Below, in pieces: positions 1-8,597 of a stretch of DNA of 14,466 nucleotides (positions are counted from its first letter, which is position 1; every line of letters starts with the position of its first letter). The position numbers were made by a program, and so were the translations under genes. The notes beneath the pieces are model-generated. The model did no database searches, was not told the origin of the DNA, and saw only the letters and a program-made list of their open reading frames with translations. The DNA lies in NCBI GenBank assembly GCA_040235515.1, contig JBECKX010000044.1:1-14466 (forward strand), read 5' to 3'. This DNA comes from Candidatus Zixiibacteriota bacterium. GTDB taxonomy: Bacteria; Zixibacteria; MSB-5A5; CAIYYT01.

Positions 1-1251
1 CGTGTGAATTCCTTCGACTACGAACTCATCGAGCGCTCGCAACATCCGCCGCAAACCATCCGCCCGGTTCTTGCCCCGAACGATCAATTTGGCGACCATC
101 GAGTCATAGTACGGCGGAACGAAATACTTGGCGTAGACGTGGGTATCGACCCGCACACCATGGCCACCCGGCACATGGAAGGTCGTTATCTGACCCGGTG
201 AGGGCGCGAAATTCCTGTCGGGATTTTCGGCGTTGATACGGCACTCGACCGCATAACCCTCAACCTTCACCTGCTCCTGCGTCAGGCTCAGCTTCTCTCC
301 CGCAGCAATCTTGAGCTGCTCAACGATAATATCGATATCCGTCACTTCCTCGGTCACGGGGTGCTCAACCTGAACGCGCGTGTTCATCTCCATGAAGTAG
401 AATTCGCCGCTGCCGTCGACCAGAAACTCGATCGTGCCGGCGTTCTGATAGCCCGCATACTTGGCGCCGTTGACCGCGGCTTCACCCATCTTCTGGCGAA
501 GCTCCGGCGTCATAACCGGAGAGGGGGATTCCTCGATCAGCTTTTGATGCCGCCTCTGGACCGTACAATCACGCTCACCGAGGTGGATCACGTTGCCATG
601 CTCATCCGCGAGTATCTGGATCTCGACGTGTCGCGGTCGATCGACGAATTTCTCGATATAGATTTCGGGGTTGTTAAATGCGGCCTGCGCTTCCTGGCGA
701 GCCTGGCGGAAGCCTTTCTCCAGCTCTTCGGCATTGCGAGCCAGCCTCATTCCCTTGCCACCACCGCCAGCCGCCGCCTTGAGCATGACAGGATAACCGA
801 TCCCGCTGACAACCTTGCGAGCCGCATCGAGGTCTGCCACACCGCCATCACTTCCGGGCACCACCGGTACACCGGCGCGCTGCATCGTCAACTTTGCCTG
901 CACCTTGTCGCCCATCGCCGTGATAACCTGCGGCGGGGGACCGATAAACTTGATATCGCATTCGCTGCAGATCTGAGCGAAGTTGGCGTTCTCGGCCATG
1001 AAGCCGTAACCGGGGTGTATCGCGACTGCGCCGGTAATCTCGGCAGCGGCGATAATCCGTTTCGGATCGAGGTAACTCTCCGCCGATTTGGCGGGGCCGA
1101 TACAGACCGCCTCGTCGGCAAAGCGCACATGAAGCGAGTCTACGTCCGCCTCCGAGTAAACCGCCACAGATGCGATACCCAGCTCTCGGCAAGCTCGGAT
1201 GATGCGAAGAGCGATTTCTCCGCGATTGGCAATTAGGATTTTCTTGAACAA
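1..1251 (-). CDS. accC: Acetyl-CoA carboxylase biotin carboxylase subunit (3' end outside window)
   Basis: Hand translation of both ends. TTG at 1251 after GGAAGAGG gives [18 protein letters not shown], the canonical biotin carboxylase N-terminus. The same frame at the window edge reads [20 protein letters not shown]. 417 codons visible; absent from the ORF track because the stop is off-window. Confidence 0.97.
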   Translation of the reverse strand, partial: MFKKILIANRGEIALRIIRACRELGIASVAVYSEADVDSLHVRFADEAVCIGPAKSAESYLDPKRIIAAAEITGAVAIHPGYGFMAENANFAQICSECDIKFIGPPPQVITAMGDKVQAKLTMQRAGVPVVPGSDGGVADLDAARKVVSGIGYPVMLKAAAGGGGKGMRLARNAEELEKGFRQARQEAQAAFNNPEIYIEKFVDRPRHVEIQILADEHGNVIHLGERDCTVQRRHQKLIEESPSPVMTPELRQKMGEAAVNGAKYAGYQNAGTIEFLVDGSGEFYFMEMNTRVQVEHPVTEEVTDIDIIVEQLKIAAGEKLSLTQEQVKVEGYAVECRINAENPDRNFAPSPGQITTFHVPGGHGVRVDTHVYAKYFVPPYYDSMVAKLIVRGKNRADGLRRMLRALDEFVVEGIHT

Positions 1252-1394
1252 ATCAAACCTCTTCCTGCGCCAAATTCAGGCCTCCAAATCAGAATCACAC
1301 TATAGAATTTGCCTGTTCGATGCAAGGAGAAAGCGGGCGGTGGATGCCCCTGGATTGCGATTGTTATATCTCAATTTCCGCCGGTCGGAATGCG

Positions 1395-2831
1395 TCAGTT
1401 GACCACCCCGTAGGAACTCTTGAAATAGAGCAGAGAGAGCGTCGCATCCGTTACCTGGTGATCGTTTACACCCGATGTTTTCTCGCCGGTGAGCGTGATT
1501 TGGTTTACTCCGGCGGTGACGGGGAAAATCCTCTGCAGCGAGATCAGCTCTCCAAAGGTTCCACTCGTGATTGAGGGCCAAATGATATACTCCCGGGTTT
1601 GATCGCCCGGCAGATTCGGAGGATCGGCAGTTAATCCAAAAATCGCCTCTGACTTTGTAGCGGAGACATGGTATACTTTGAGATTGAAGCTGGCGATGGC
1701 GAGCACGAATCCATCGGCAGGTGCGTTAATCGCCGCCTGGATGATCGTCGCCTGACCGGCACTGGTCAAGAACAAGCTCGTTGCTGACTGGAAAGCGTTT
1801 TGGGCGCCACCGGCATCGTCGTTGAGAACGCTCACGGAGATCGCATTGCTCAACAGCTTGTCCCCGGTGATTGTATTGTCGGCAATCTCGTAGCCATCGA
1901 TCGACCCGGCGGGGAGGTAGACCTTTGAACCCGGGTTGGCATTGCCGGGATCCAGCTCGATCTGGGGAATCCCAACCTCGTCGGCAATAGTCAACTTGGG
2001 CTGGGGGGAGGAATCACTGGCGTCTATTCGCAACGAGGCATTGCCGCCGGCGGTAAGCTCGAATACGGTCTGGGTAGAGGAACTGCCGCCCAGCATGAAT
2101 ATTCCATTGCCACCTTCGTTGTCGTTGAGCCTGAGAGTGCCTCCAAAAATCGGGTCAGCCGCCAGGTTAATCTGCGCCTCATCATTATCGTCGACTACCG
2201 TAATCTGTCCGCCACTCTGCAGTCCGAACATCAGAATTCTGGGTGCACCGGCGAAGTACTGTAGGAACGAACTGTAACCGGAAGTACTGCTCCTGGAAAA
2301 AATGAATTCATCCCCTCCACCGCCGATGTTGATCGTCAGCAGACCGGTCATCGTGCCTCCCGTGATCGGCACGAAAGCTGAGTTGGAGAGGCCGCCGAGA
2401 AACTGTGCGTTCTGCGATTCCTCGGCAAAATTGGCGCGCAGGCTGTAGGCCGTGGCGACGATCGGCTGTCTCGGCGTAAAGGGAGCTTCGCCTGAGATCT
2501 CTATCTCCAGGTAGAGAGTCTGCCCCGAGAAGATCGGCTCCGGCAAAGCGGTCATGCTCGCATCTCCGAGAACTACGGAGAACAGGCCGTTGACGACGGG
2601 TACCGAGACGGGGGAAGCGCCGCTGTTCCATTGGAGCGAGCCACCGCTGGGGGCCGTGTAGATTCTGAAAATAAGATCATAGTTGCCATCTACCACCGGC
2701 GTGCCAGAAGCATCGGTCAGTCGGCCCTGATAATTGAGAGTCGGGGCGATCTGTGCCATAACGCCGGTCGCAGCAGCAAGCGTGAGGATGATTACTGAAC
2801 AAATCAGCAGACGAAGATTTGGCGAGACCAT
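1395..2831 (-). CDS. Secreted fibre/adhesin-like protein (478 aa) with N-terminal NYQGRL domain and beta repeats
   Basis: Signal peptide (likely cleavage VMA/QI), LNYQGRLTD...NGLFSVVLG...LYLEIEI...PRQPIVATAYSLRA domain, FVPITGGTMTG fibre-type motif, ~23-aa and 10-aa repeats. GAAAGGA upstream of ATG. Function is inferred. Confidence 0.75.
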   Translation of the reverse strand: MVSPNLRLLICSVIILTLAAATGVMAQIAPTLNYQGRLTDASGTPVVDGNYDLIFRIYTAPSGGSLQWNSGASPVSVPVVNGLFSVVLGDASMTALPEPIFSGQTLYLEIEISGEAPFTPRQPIVATAYSLRANFAEESQNAQFLGGLSNSAFVPITGGTMTGLLTINIGGGGDEFIFSRSSTSGYSSFLQYFAGAPRILMFGLQSGGQITVVDDNDEAQINLAADPIFGGTLRLNDNEGGNGIFMLGGSSSTQTVFELTAGGNASLRIDASDSSPQPKLTIADEVGIPQIELDPGNANPGSKVYLPAGSIDGYEIADNTITGDKLLSNAISVSVLNDDAGGAQNAFQSATSLFLTSAGQATIIQAAINAPADGFVLAIASFNLKVYHVSATKSEAIFGLTADPPNLPGDQTREYIIWPSITSGTFGELISLQRIFPVTAGVNQITLTGEKTSGVNDHQVTDATLSLLYFKSSYGVVN

Positions 2832-3069
2832 GGGGCAGAAAGTCCTTTCGCGTTTTATCGGATCGAGAATAAATTTTCGTTTAGAAGCTCAGATGAGCTT
2901 AGCGGTTGGTATATCTTCTTTCAATTTAACGACAAGATGGAGATTAGCAAGCGATTATAGCTCGTTTAGCGGGCGCCGACCGGCGATATCTACACTCGAT
3001 ATAAGAAGTATGCATCTGGTTTACAGATACACAGCCCCTTTCTCTCGGGAAATAGAGATACCTGCGCAC

Positions 3070-4404
3070 CTAGTCCGGCAATCGTTTGAGTTTGGGCCCG
3101 GCTCGGAATGGTCGCTCGTTTCCAATCCTGGTTGAAGCAAGAAATCCCATCTCTTCCAGCTCTTCCAAATCCTTGCGGGCGGTTGGACGTGAGACATTGT
3201 ATACTAATGCATGGGTTTTAATAGTGGTGGTAACATCGGAATTCTTATAGAGGTATCTCAGCAATTGGATCTGGCGATTGTTGAGTGAATGCTCGTCTCC
3301 TGCGACCTCCGACAACTTCTTGATATCTCTCCGCAAGCGTCTCAGATATGACTCGAATTCTCGGCGTGCCAGCTTGATCTTACGTATGTTGTAATCCAAG
3401 AAGTAGGTCAGGTCATTGTCATCCTGTTCGGTGTAGACGTAGGCATCGCGATATTGTGCCGGAGAGCCCTTGATGGCTTTTGACAATGGCAAGAATGTTA
3501 GAGCCCAGTAGTCATGTCTCAGACAATACCAATAGAACAGCGCTCTGCCGAGTCTACCATTCCCATCCACGAAGGGGTGTAAGTAGCCGATCCAGAAGTG
3601 AATGAATATCGCCTTCACTACCGGGTGTGTGAATCGTCGCTCTTCGAATCTGTCATTCGCATAGTCAACCAATCGTTTGATTTCAACGTCAACGAATTCG
3701 CGCGATGGGGGAATATGATAGATCATCCCAGTCACAGGATTGCTTACCAAGATACGCTCCTCCTTCGATCTAAGCGTTCCGACGTCTCGGTCATCTATCG
3801 TGCCCTTGGTCAGCCTCGCGTGCAAGTCAAGAATCAGTCCTTCGCTAAGCGACTCCCTCTTCAACTCTTCTTCGATTGCGATCATCGTTTGGTAGTTATT
3901 CAGGATCATTTGCTCCGAAGTATTTCTGGGCTTGCGCCTCTCCTGTAGCATCTCCTTGGCCACGCGCCTTGTCGTGTTCGCACCCTCGAGCTGAGATGAG
4001 GCTATCGCCTCTTCCATAACACCGCGTGAGATCAGTTTTCGAGCACCAATCTCTTCATCGACATACCTATGGCTCAACTCCCCACCCAAGTGTAGGTCAA
4101 CATCGTGCAGGAATCTCTCCTGCTCTGGAAGCGACTGCCATGTAAACGGTGACTTGTTTTCATTGAGGATAGGAGTTGTAGTACGATTGGAGCTGTGTCG
4201 CCGAAACAGTTTAACCGCTGCCCAGAATTCTTCTGCTGTCATGTTCTTTGGGTGCTCCTTGTAGCGTGCCCTGTCCCAATATAGATATTCTGGCGTCTCC
4301 GTTTGGATCAGACATTCCTGCAGATTGTCAGATTCTAGTATCTTCTCGTAGAGCTTATTCGTAGTGGCTTTTGTCAGATCCGGTTTGTCAATTGAATAGA
4401 TCAA
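3070..4404 (-). CDS. Fic-domain protein with N-terminal inhibitory helix motif and C-terminal winged HTH
   Basis: Intact Fic motif HPFVDGNGRLGR; SSQLEG matches (S/T)xxxE(G/N); C-terminal VSRPTARKDLEELEEMGFL HTH. ORF track starts at 4428, but TTG at 4404 has GGAGA 6 nt upstream and is preferred (444 aa). Confidence 0.93.
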   Translation of the reverse strand: MIYSIDKPDLTKATTNKLYEKILESDNLQECLIQTETPEYLYWDRARYKEHPKNMTAEEFWAAVKLFRRHSSNRTTTPILNENKSPFTWQSLPEQERFLHDVDLHLGGELSHRYVDEEIGARKLISRGVMEEAIASSQLEGANTTRRVAKEMLQERRKPRNTSEQMILNNYQTMIAIEEELKRESLSEGLILDLHARLTKGTIDDRDVGTLRSKEERILVSNPVTGMIYHIPPSREFVDVEIKRLVDYANDRFEERRFTHPVVKAIFIHFWIGYLHPFVDGNGRLGRALFYWYCLRHDYWALTFLPLSKAIKGSPAQYRDAYVYTEQDDNDLTYFLDYNIRKIKLARREFESYLRRLRRDIKKLSEVAGDEHSLNNRQIQLLRYLYKNSDVTTTIKTHALVYNVSRPTARKDLEELEEMGFLASTRIGNERPFRAGPKLKRLPD

Positions 4405-4436
4405 TTGTGTTCTCCAAGTGGTAACCAATGCAAAGT

Positions 4437-4526
4437 CAATGTAAAATACATATAAACTCTTTACATATCGGTTGTCAAGCCAAGTATGTAAAGTGGTTTC
4501 ATAAACTTTATACAGATTTTACATTG
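4437..4526 (-). promoter_or_regulatory. Putative sigma70 promoter of the fic gene overlapped by TGTAAA/TTTACA inverted repeats (candidate operator)
   Basis: Minus-strand TTGACA at 4478-4473 with an imperfect -10 (TTATAT/TATATG) 17-18 nt downstream. Perfect inverted pairs CAATGTAAAAT (4437-4447)/ATTTTACATTG (4516-4526) and CTTTACATA (4459-4467)/TATGTAAAG (4485-4493). Confidence 0.55.
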
Positions 4527-4595
4527 GAGTAACGCACCGAGAACATCAACTTATTGTAAAACAAAAAGTTAATGGCACGGTAGTTCGATCAGTAT

Positions 4596-4629
4596 GAACA
4601 AACGGCAGAAGCACTAAGCTCCTGCCGCT
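4596..4629 (-). terminator. Rho-independent terminator after pilT
   Basis: Minus strand AGCGGCAGGAGC-TTAGT-GCTTCTGCCGTT (12-bp stem with G-U pairs) followed by TGTT, 35 nt after the pilT stop. Confidence 0.7.
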
Positions 4630-4664
4630 CAAGGATTTATATACTGACTCGTATGTGACGACCG

Positions 4665-5777
4665 CTAGGCGTTCTGTCCCGAGAAACTGCTCCACTGGTT
4701 GTCGGAAGCGCTCGTGATACCCTTAACGCGCAGGTCGAAGTCATCCGGATTGGTTGCGTTACGCATGGCATCCTGATAAGTGATCGCCCCCTGCCGATAG
4801 AGCCCCATGATCGACTGGTCGAATGACTGCATCCCATACTGCACCTGGCCCGCTTCGATGAACTCGATAATCTGCGGTGTTTTCATCGGGTCGATTATGG
4901 CATCCCTGATCGCACCGGTGGAGACCATGACTTCCATGGCCGGAACACGGCCCGGAATATCGGCGCGTGGCAGAAGTCGCTGACACAAGATCGACTTGAG
5001 GGTTCCCGCCAGCAGCAGGCGAATCTGCTGGTGCTGGTGTGGCGGGAAGAAGGAGATAATACGGGTGATCGTTTCGACGACGTTCATCGTGTGCAGCGTA
5101 GTTAACACGAGATGGCCGGTATCAGCGGCTGCGAGAGCGATCTGCATCGTCTCGACGTCACGAATTTCACCGATCAGGATCACATCGGGGTCCTGACGGA
5201 AGGCGTGACGCAGTGCCGCGGCGAAAGTGTCCGAATCAGCGCCAACTTCACGCTGCGCGATGATCGATTTCTTGTCGCGGTAGATATACTCGATCGGGTC
5301 TTCGATCGTCACGATATTCTCGTGCCGATTCGAGTTGATATGCTCAATGATCGCTGCCAGTGTGGTCGATTTACCCGAACCGGTCGTTCCGGTCACCACC
5401 ACCAGCCCGCGGCGGGCTTCGCAGAGGTTCTGGATTACATCGGGAAGGTTCAACTCCTCGAATGACGGCACCAGGGTATTGACCGCACGGATGGCGATAC
5501 CGGGAGTTCCACGCTGCTTGTAGAGGTTGATACGAAAACGGCCCAGCTTGCTCACTGAGAGCGCAAGGTCCATCTCGTTGCGCGCCGCGAAACGCTTCTG
5601 TTGTTCCGGGGAAAGAATCTGCGAAACGATCTCTGACATGTTGTCTTTCGAGATCGGTTCGGTATTGATCGGTTGAAGCTTGCCGTGGACTCTTAGAGTA
5701 GGTTTGATTCCCACACGAATGTGCAGGTCGGAAGCAACCAGCCGCTGCATCTCCACCAGCATATCACGGAGGTTCAT
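4665..5777 (-). CDS. pilT: Type IV pilus retraction ATPase, PilT/PilU family (probably a paralogue)
   Basis: ASDLH N-terminus, GRFRINLYKQRG, Walker A GTTGSGKST, EDPIEY Asp box, RQDPDVILIGEIRD Walker B, TGHLVLTTLHT His box, GMQSFDQ. RBS AGGAGA. Confidence 0.93.
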   Translation of the reverse strand: MNLRDMLVEMQRLVASDLHIRVGIKPTLRVHGKLQPINTEPISKDNMSEIVSQILSPEQQKRFAARNEMDLALSVSKLGRFRINLYKQRGTPGIAIRAVNTLVPSFEELNLPDVIQNLCEARRGLVVVTGTTGSGKSTTLAAIIEHINSNRHENIVTIEDPIEYIYRDKKSIIAQREVGADSDTFAAALRHAFRQDPDVILIGEIRDVETMQIALAAADTGHLVLTTLHTMNVVETITRIISFFPPHQHQQIRLLLAGTLKSILCQRLLPRADIPGRVPAMEVMVSTGAIRDAIIDPMKTPQIIEFIEAGQVQYGMQSFDQSIMGLYRQGAITYQDAMRNATNPDDFDLRVKGITSASDNQWSSFSGQNA

Positions 5778-5897
5778 TGCGGTCTCCTGAAGCTGCTCCG
5801 AAATCTGGCCGGTGTATGTTCTGGTCGCGTGCGTCGTGTTGATCGTCTTCCATCAACCTCGACCGCCCGCCTCCGCGCTGCGACTGCTACTGTACGA

Positions 5898-6419
5898 TCA
5901 GGAGGGTTCGATTAAGAAGAGCGGTTGGCCAAACTCGACCGGCTCGCTATTCTCAACCAATCGCTTCACGATCGTACCATCAAACTCCGCTTCGATCTCA
6001 TTCATCAGCTTCATCGCTTCGATGATGCAAACCGTCTGACCCTTCGTCACGCGCTGACCCACCTCCGCAAATGGCGGTGCGCCGGGCTCGGGCGAAGTGT
6101 AGAATGTTCCAACCATCGGGGAGACGATCTCCTTGCCGGTAGTGGACTGCTGCGGTTTCGTTTCTGTTGCCGCCTGAGTTGCGGCGGCCTGCGGAGCGGC
6201 AGCCTGTGGCTGCGTCTGAGCCGGTGGCAATGTCGGTGCCGCCTCAGCGCGCGGAAGTGTTATCGAAGTGTGACCGCCGTTGCCATTGCCACCATTCGAG
6301 TGGTTCAATGGCGTTTTCTTGACAATCTGCACCCGACTCCACCAGTTGCGCACGGTTAGTGACTCGATCTCCGACGCCTCAACCAGCTTGACCAGTTTTC
6401 GGATGGTTTTTTCTCTCAT
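5898..6419 (-). CDS. accB: Acetyl-CoA carboxylase biotin carboxyl carrier protein
   Basis: SPMVGTFY, biotinylation motif [19 protein letters not shown]; Ala/Pro/Gln-rich linker. Confidence 0.97.
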   Translation of the reverse strand: MREKTIRKLVKLVEASEIESLTVRNWWSRVQIVKKTPLNHSNGGNGNGGHTSITLPRAEAAPTLPPAQTQPQAAAPQAAATQAATETKPQQSTTGKEIVSPMVGTFYTSPEPGAPPFAEVGQRVTKGQTVCIIEAMKLMNEIEAEFDGTIVKRLVENSEPVEFGQPLFLIEPS

Positions 6420-6514
6420 CTGTTAACTACGCTTTGGGTCCTAAAACCCTACTCTAAGTTATCGTAACTTACCAACTATTTCTTTATCGCCATGACGCCG
6501 TCGATAGCATCAAA

Positions 6515-7585
6515 CTAAAGTTCTATCAACGACTTATCTGATTTATTAATGATCTGGCAGCCGTTGCGCGTGATGATCACATCATCCTCGATCCGCACAC
6601 CACCCCAACCATCGATGTAAATGCCCGGCTCAACGGTTACGACCATATTCGGCTCCAATACCGTATCAGCAAGGGGGCTAAGTCGCGGTTCCTCATGGAT
6701 TTGCAGACCGATGCCGTGGCCGAGACCATGGCCGAAATTCTTGCCGTAGCCGGCTTTCGCGATGATATCGCGAACATGTTTATCGACCTCAGAACCCTTC
6801 AAACCAGCTTTCGCCTTCTTAGTTCCGGCAATTTGAGCTTTCAATACCAGGTTATAGATCTTCTTCTGCCGCGAGTTCGCTTTCCCGACAACGACTGTAC
6901 GGGTCATATCGGAATGGTACCCCTCATAGACGGCGCCGAAATCGAGCGTGACGAAATCGCCTTTCTTCACCTTGCGGGTGGAGGCCACACCGTGCGGCAG
7001 CGCCGAACGGGGACCGGAAGCGATAATCGTGTCAAACCCCGGTTTCTCCGAGCCAAGCATCATCATCTGATACTCCAGCTCGGCGCGGATCTCATTCTCG
7101 CCGACTCCCGGCTTGATGATCTGCAGAATCCGCTCGAAAGCGATATCTGTTATCTCAGCCGCCTTCTTGATCAGCTTGATCTCGCCGGCATCCTTCTTCA
7201 CCGCCAATGACTCAACCAGGCCATTCGTCGGCGCCAGCAATGCATTGGGGAGTTTCTCCTGAATCATCCGCAGGCTCTTGACCGGCAGGAACTGCTCCAG
7301 GTAGCCGACGCGCAGGTTCGGGGCTTGAAGCTGCTTGATCTCATCAAGTTCACTGTACAGCTCGCGTCGGGCAATCCTGATTTTCGCCCCCGTGACCTGC
7401 TGCTTCACCTGGCCGGCATAACGAAAATCGGTGGTGAAGATCGCTTCTCGCTGGAAAACAACCAGCAAGCCATTTGTACCCGTATAGCCACACAGGTAGC
7501 GCACCAGCGGCAGGTCTGTGACCAGCAGGCAGTCGAGATTCTGTTTCTTCAATATCTGCTGTAGAGCAGTAATTCTCTTTTTCAT
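6515..7585 (-). CDS. Xaa-Pro aminopeptidase/dipeptidase, peptidase M24B (PepP/PepQ/YpdF-like)
   Basis: Creatinase-like N-domain (RYLCGYTG, TDFRY) and metal-ligand motifs DFGA...SDMTRT, HGLGHGIGLQIHEEP, VEPGIY, GVRIEDD. Confidence 0.95.
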   Translation of the reverse strand: MKKRITALQQILKKQNLDCLLVTDLPLVRYLCGYTGTNGLLVVFQREAIFTTDFRYAGQVKQQVTGAKIRIARRELYSELDEIKQLQAPNLRVGYLEQFLPVKSLRMIQEKLPNALLAPTNGLVESLAVKKDAGEIKLIKKAAEITDIAFERILQIIKPGVGENEIRAELEYQMMMLGSEKPGFDTIIASGPRSALPHGVASTRKVKKGDFVTLDFGAVYEGYHSDMTRTVVVGKANSRQKKIYNLVLKAQIAGTKKAKAGLKGSEVDKHVRDIIAKAGYGKNFGHGLGHGIGLQIHEEPRLSPLADTVLEPNMVVTVEPGIYIDGWGGVRIEDDVIITRNGCQIINKSDKSLIEL

Positions 7586-7725
7586 TCAACGATTCCTGTG
7601 CTCGATTCCTTGTTTTGAGCCGACCCTGAAGCTGATTGCTCAACAACCTCAGTCGGCATTCTCTCTCGTAGTCCATTCTACTCTAAAGCTCCCTGATCTG
7701 ACCCGATTCCGATTTTGACGAGTGA

Positions 7726-8454
7726 TCAGTTGCAGAGCTCTAGCTTCTCCCGCAGCTGTTGATTGTTTGGCGACAGGCGCAGCAACCTCAGATAGATCGC
7801 GCGTGCCTTCTCTTTATAGCCCTGCTCGAGAAAAAGGTTGGCTGCCGTTTCAGTGGCCAGCACGGATGCTGGTACGAATTCCGACTCTGCCTTTATGGGA
7901 TTATTATCCCCGCCCGTTTCCTCCAACACCGCGGTCAGACGGCTCAGCAATGCTGCGGCACCCGGCTCAAGGCTGAGTGCTTCCCGGTAGTAGCGGGTGG
8001 CTTCCGCCAGTTCCCCCTCAGCTCGGTGCAGGTCACCCAACTTCATCAACGTCAGCGGGTTGTCCGGATCACGCTTGAGTGCTTCCAGGTAGGTAAATGT
8101 TGCCGATATCGTCTTTTTCTGCTTCAAATAGAGGTCTCCCAGTACCTGATAGCCGATGGCATATTCGGGAAACTGCCTGATCCCGCGCTGGCAGATATCC
8201 AGGGCGGCGTCATCCATTCCCGCCTGCATTAGTTCGGCGGCGGTGCGGGCAAAGCGATAATCGAGCGGTTGAGGAGAAGCGTCAATGGCAGAAGCTTCAG
8301 ATTCGGGTTGAACGACCTCCCGGTCGAACCGAATTGGTTCGAAATGAGGCCCCTGATTCTGCCCCTGACGATTTTCCTCCTGATGCAGCAGGTCAGCTTC
8401 CTTCCTGCCAACGCCGGCCCGCGGTTCATTTCGATCTTGGGCAGACTTATCCAT
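7726..8454 (-). CDS. Tetratricopeptide repeat protein
   Basis: TPR-like helices (YQVLGDLY...EALKRDP; LMKLGDLH...GELAEATRYYREALSLEP) and a C-terminal TETAANLFLEQG...ARAIY...P repeat. Confidence 0.85.
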   Translation of the reverse strand: MDKSAQDRNEPRAGVGRKEADLLHQEENRQGQNQGPHFEPIRFDREVVQPESEASAIDASPQPLDYRFARTAAELMQAGMDDAALDICQRGIRQFPEYAIGYQVLGDLYLKQKKTISATFTYLEALKRDPDNPLTLMKLGDLHRAEGELAEATRYYREALSLEPGAAALLSRLTAVLEETGGDNNPIKAESEFVPASVLATETAANLFLEQGYKEKARAIYLRLLRLSPNNQQLREKLELCN

Positions 8455-8481
8455 TAGCCATCCAGTAATGTCTTGACGAAA

Positions 8482-8510
8482 ACGATACCCGCTCTAACCG
8501 GAAAGGTCAA
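8482..8510 (-). promoter_or_regulatory. Sigma70-type promoter for the TPR-peptidase-accB-pilT unit
   Basis: TTGACC (8510-8505), 17-nt spacer, TATCGT (8487-8482), preceded by a T-rich tract, 27 nt before the TPR ATG. Confidence 0.65.
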
Positions 8511-8597
8511 GTAAAAAACGGCTTTAGAAAGTGGTGTCGCCGTTGGGGACTTGCCTGCCCCAGCCCGGGATTTCCCGCTCAACGAAAGCCAAGAATA

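Noticed and set aside
4..1236. Plus-strand ORFs 4-201 and 361-1236 (291 aa) and short minus ORFs 848-1192, 888-1130
   Set aside because: Antisense or off-frame shadows of accC, which occupies 1-1251 on the minus strand.
2885..2900. AAGCTCA-GA-TGAGCTT palindrome upstream of the fibre gene
   Set aside because: Single short palindrome with no U-tract or second copy; cannot be told from chance.
4440..4523. TGTAAA...TTTACA as a BirA operator, given the nearby accB/accC
   Set aside because: Lacks the inner CC/GG of TGTAAACC-N-GGTTTACA, spacings (14 and 25 nt) do not fit, and it lies upstream of fic.
6420..6514. Expected efp gene between the peptidase and accB
   Set aside because: Gap is only 95 nt with no EF-P-like sequence.
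7350..7676. 108-aa minus ORF starting between the TPR and peptidase genes; possible aroQ or roadblock remnant
   Set aside because: Mostly overlaps the peptidase out of frame, with no recognisable similarity to either family.
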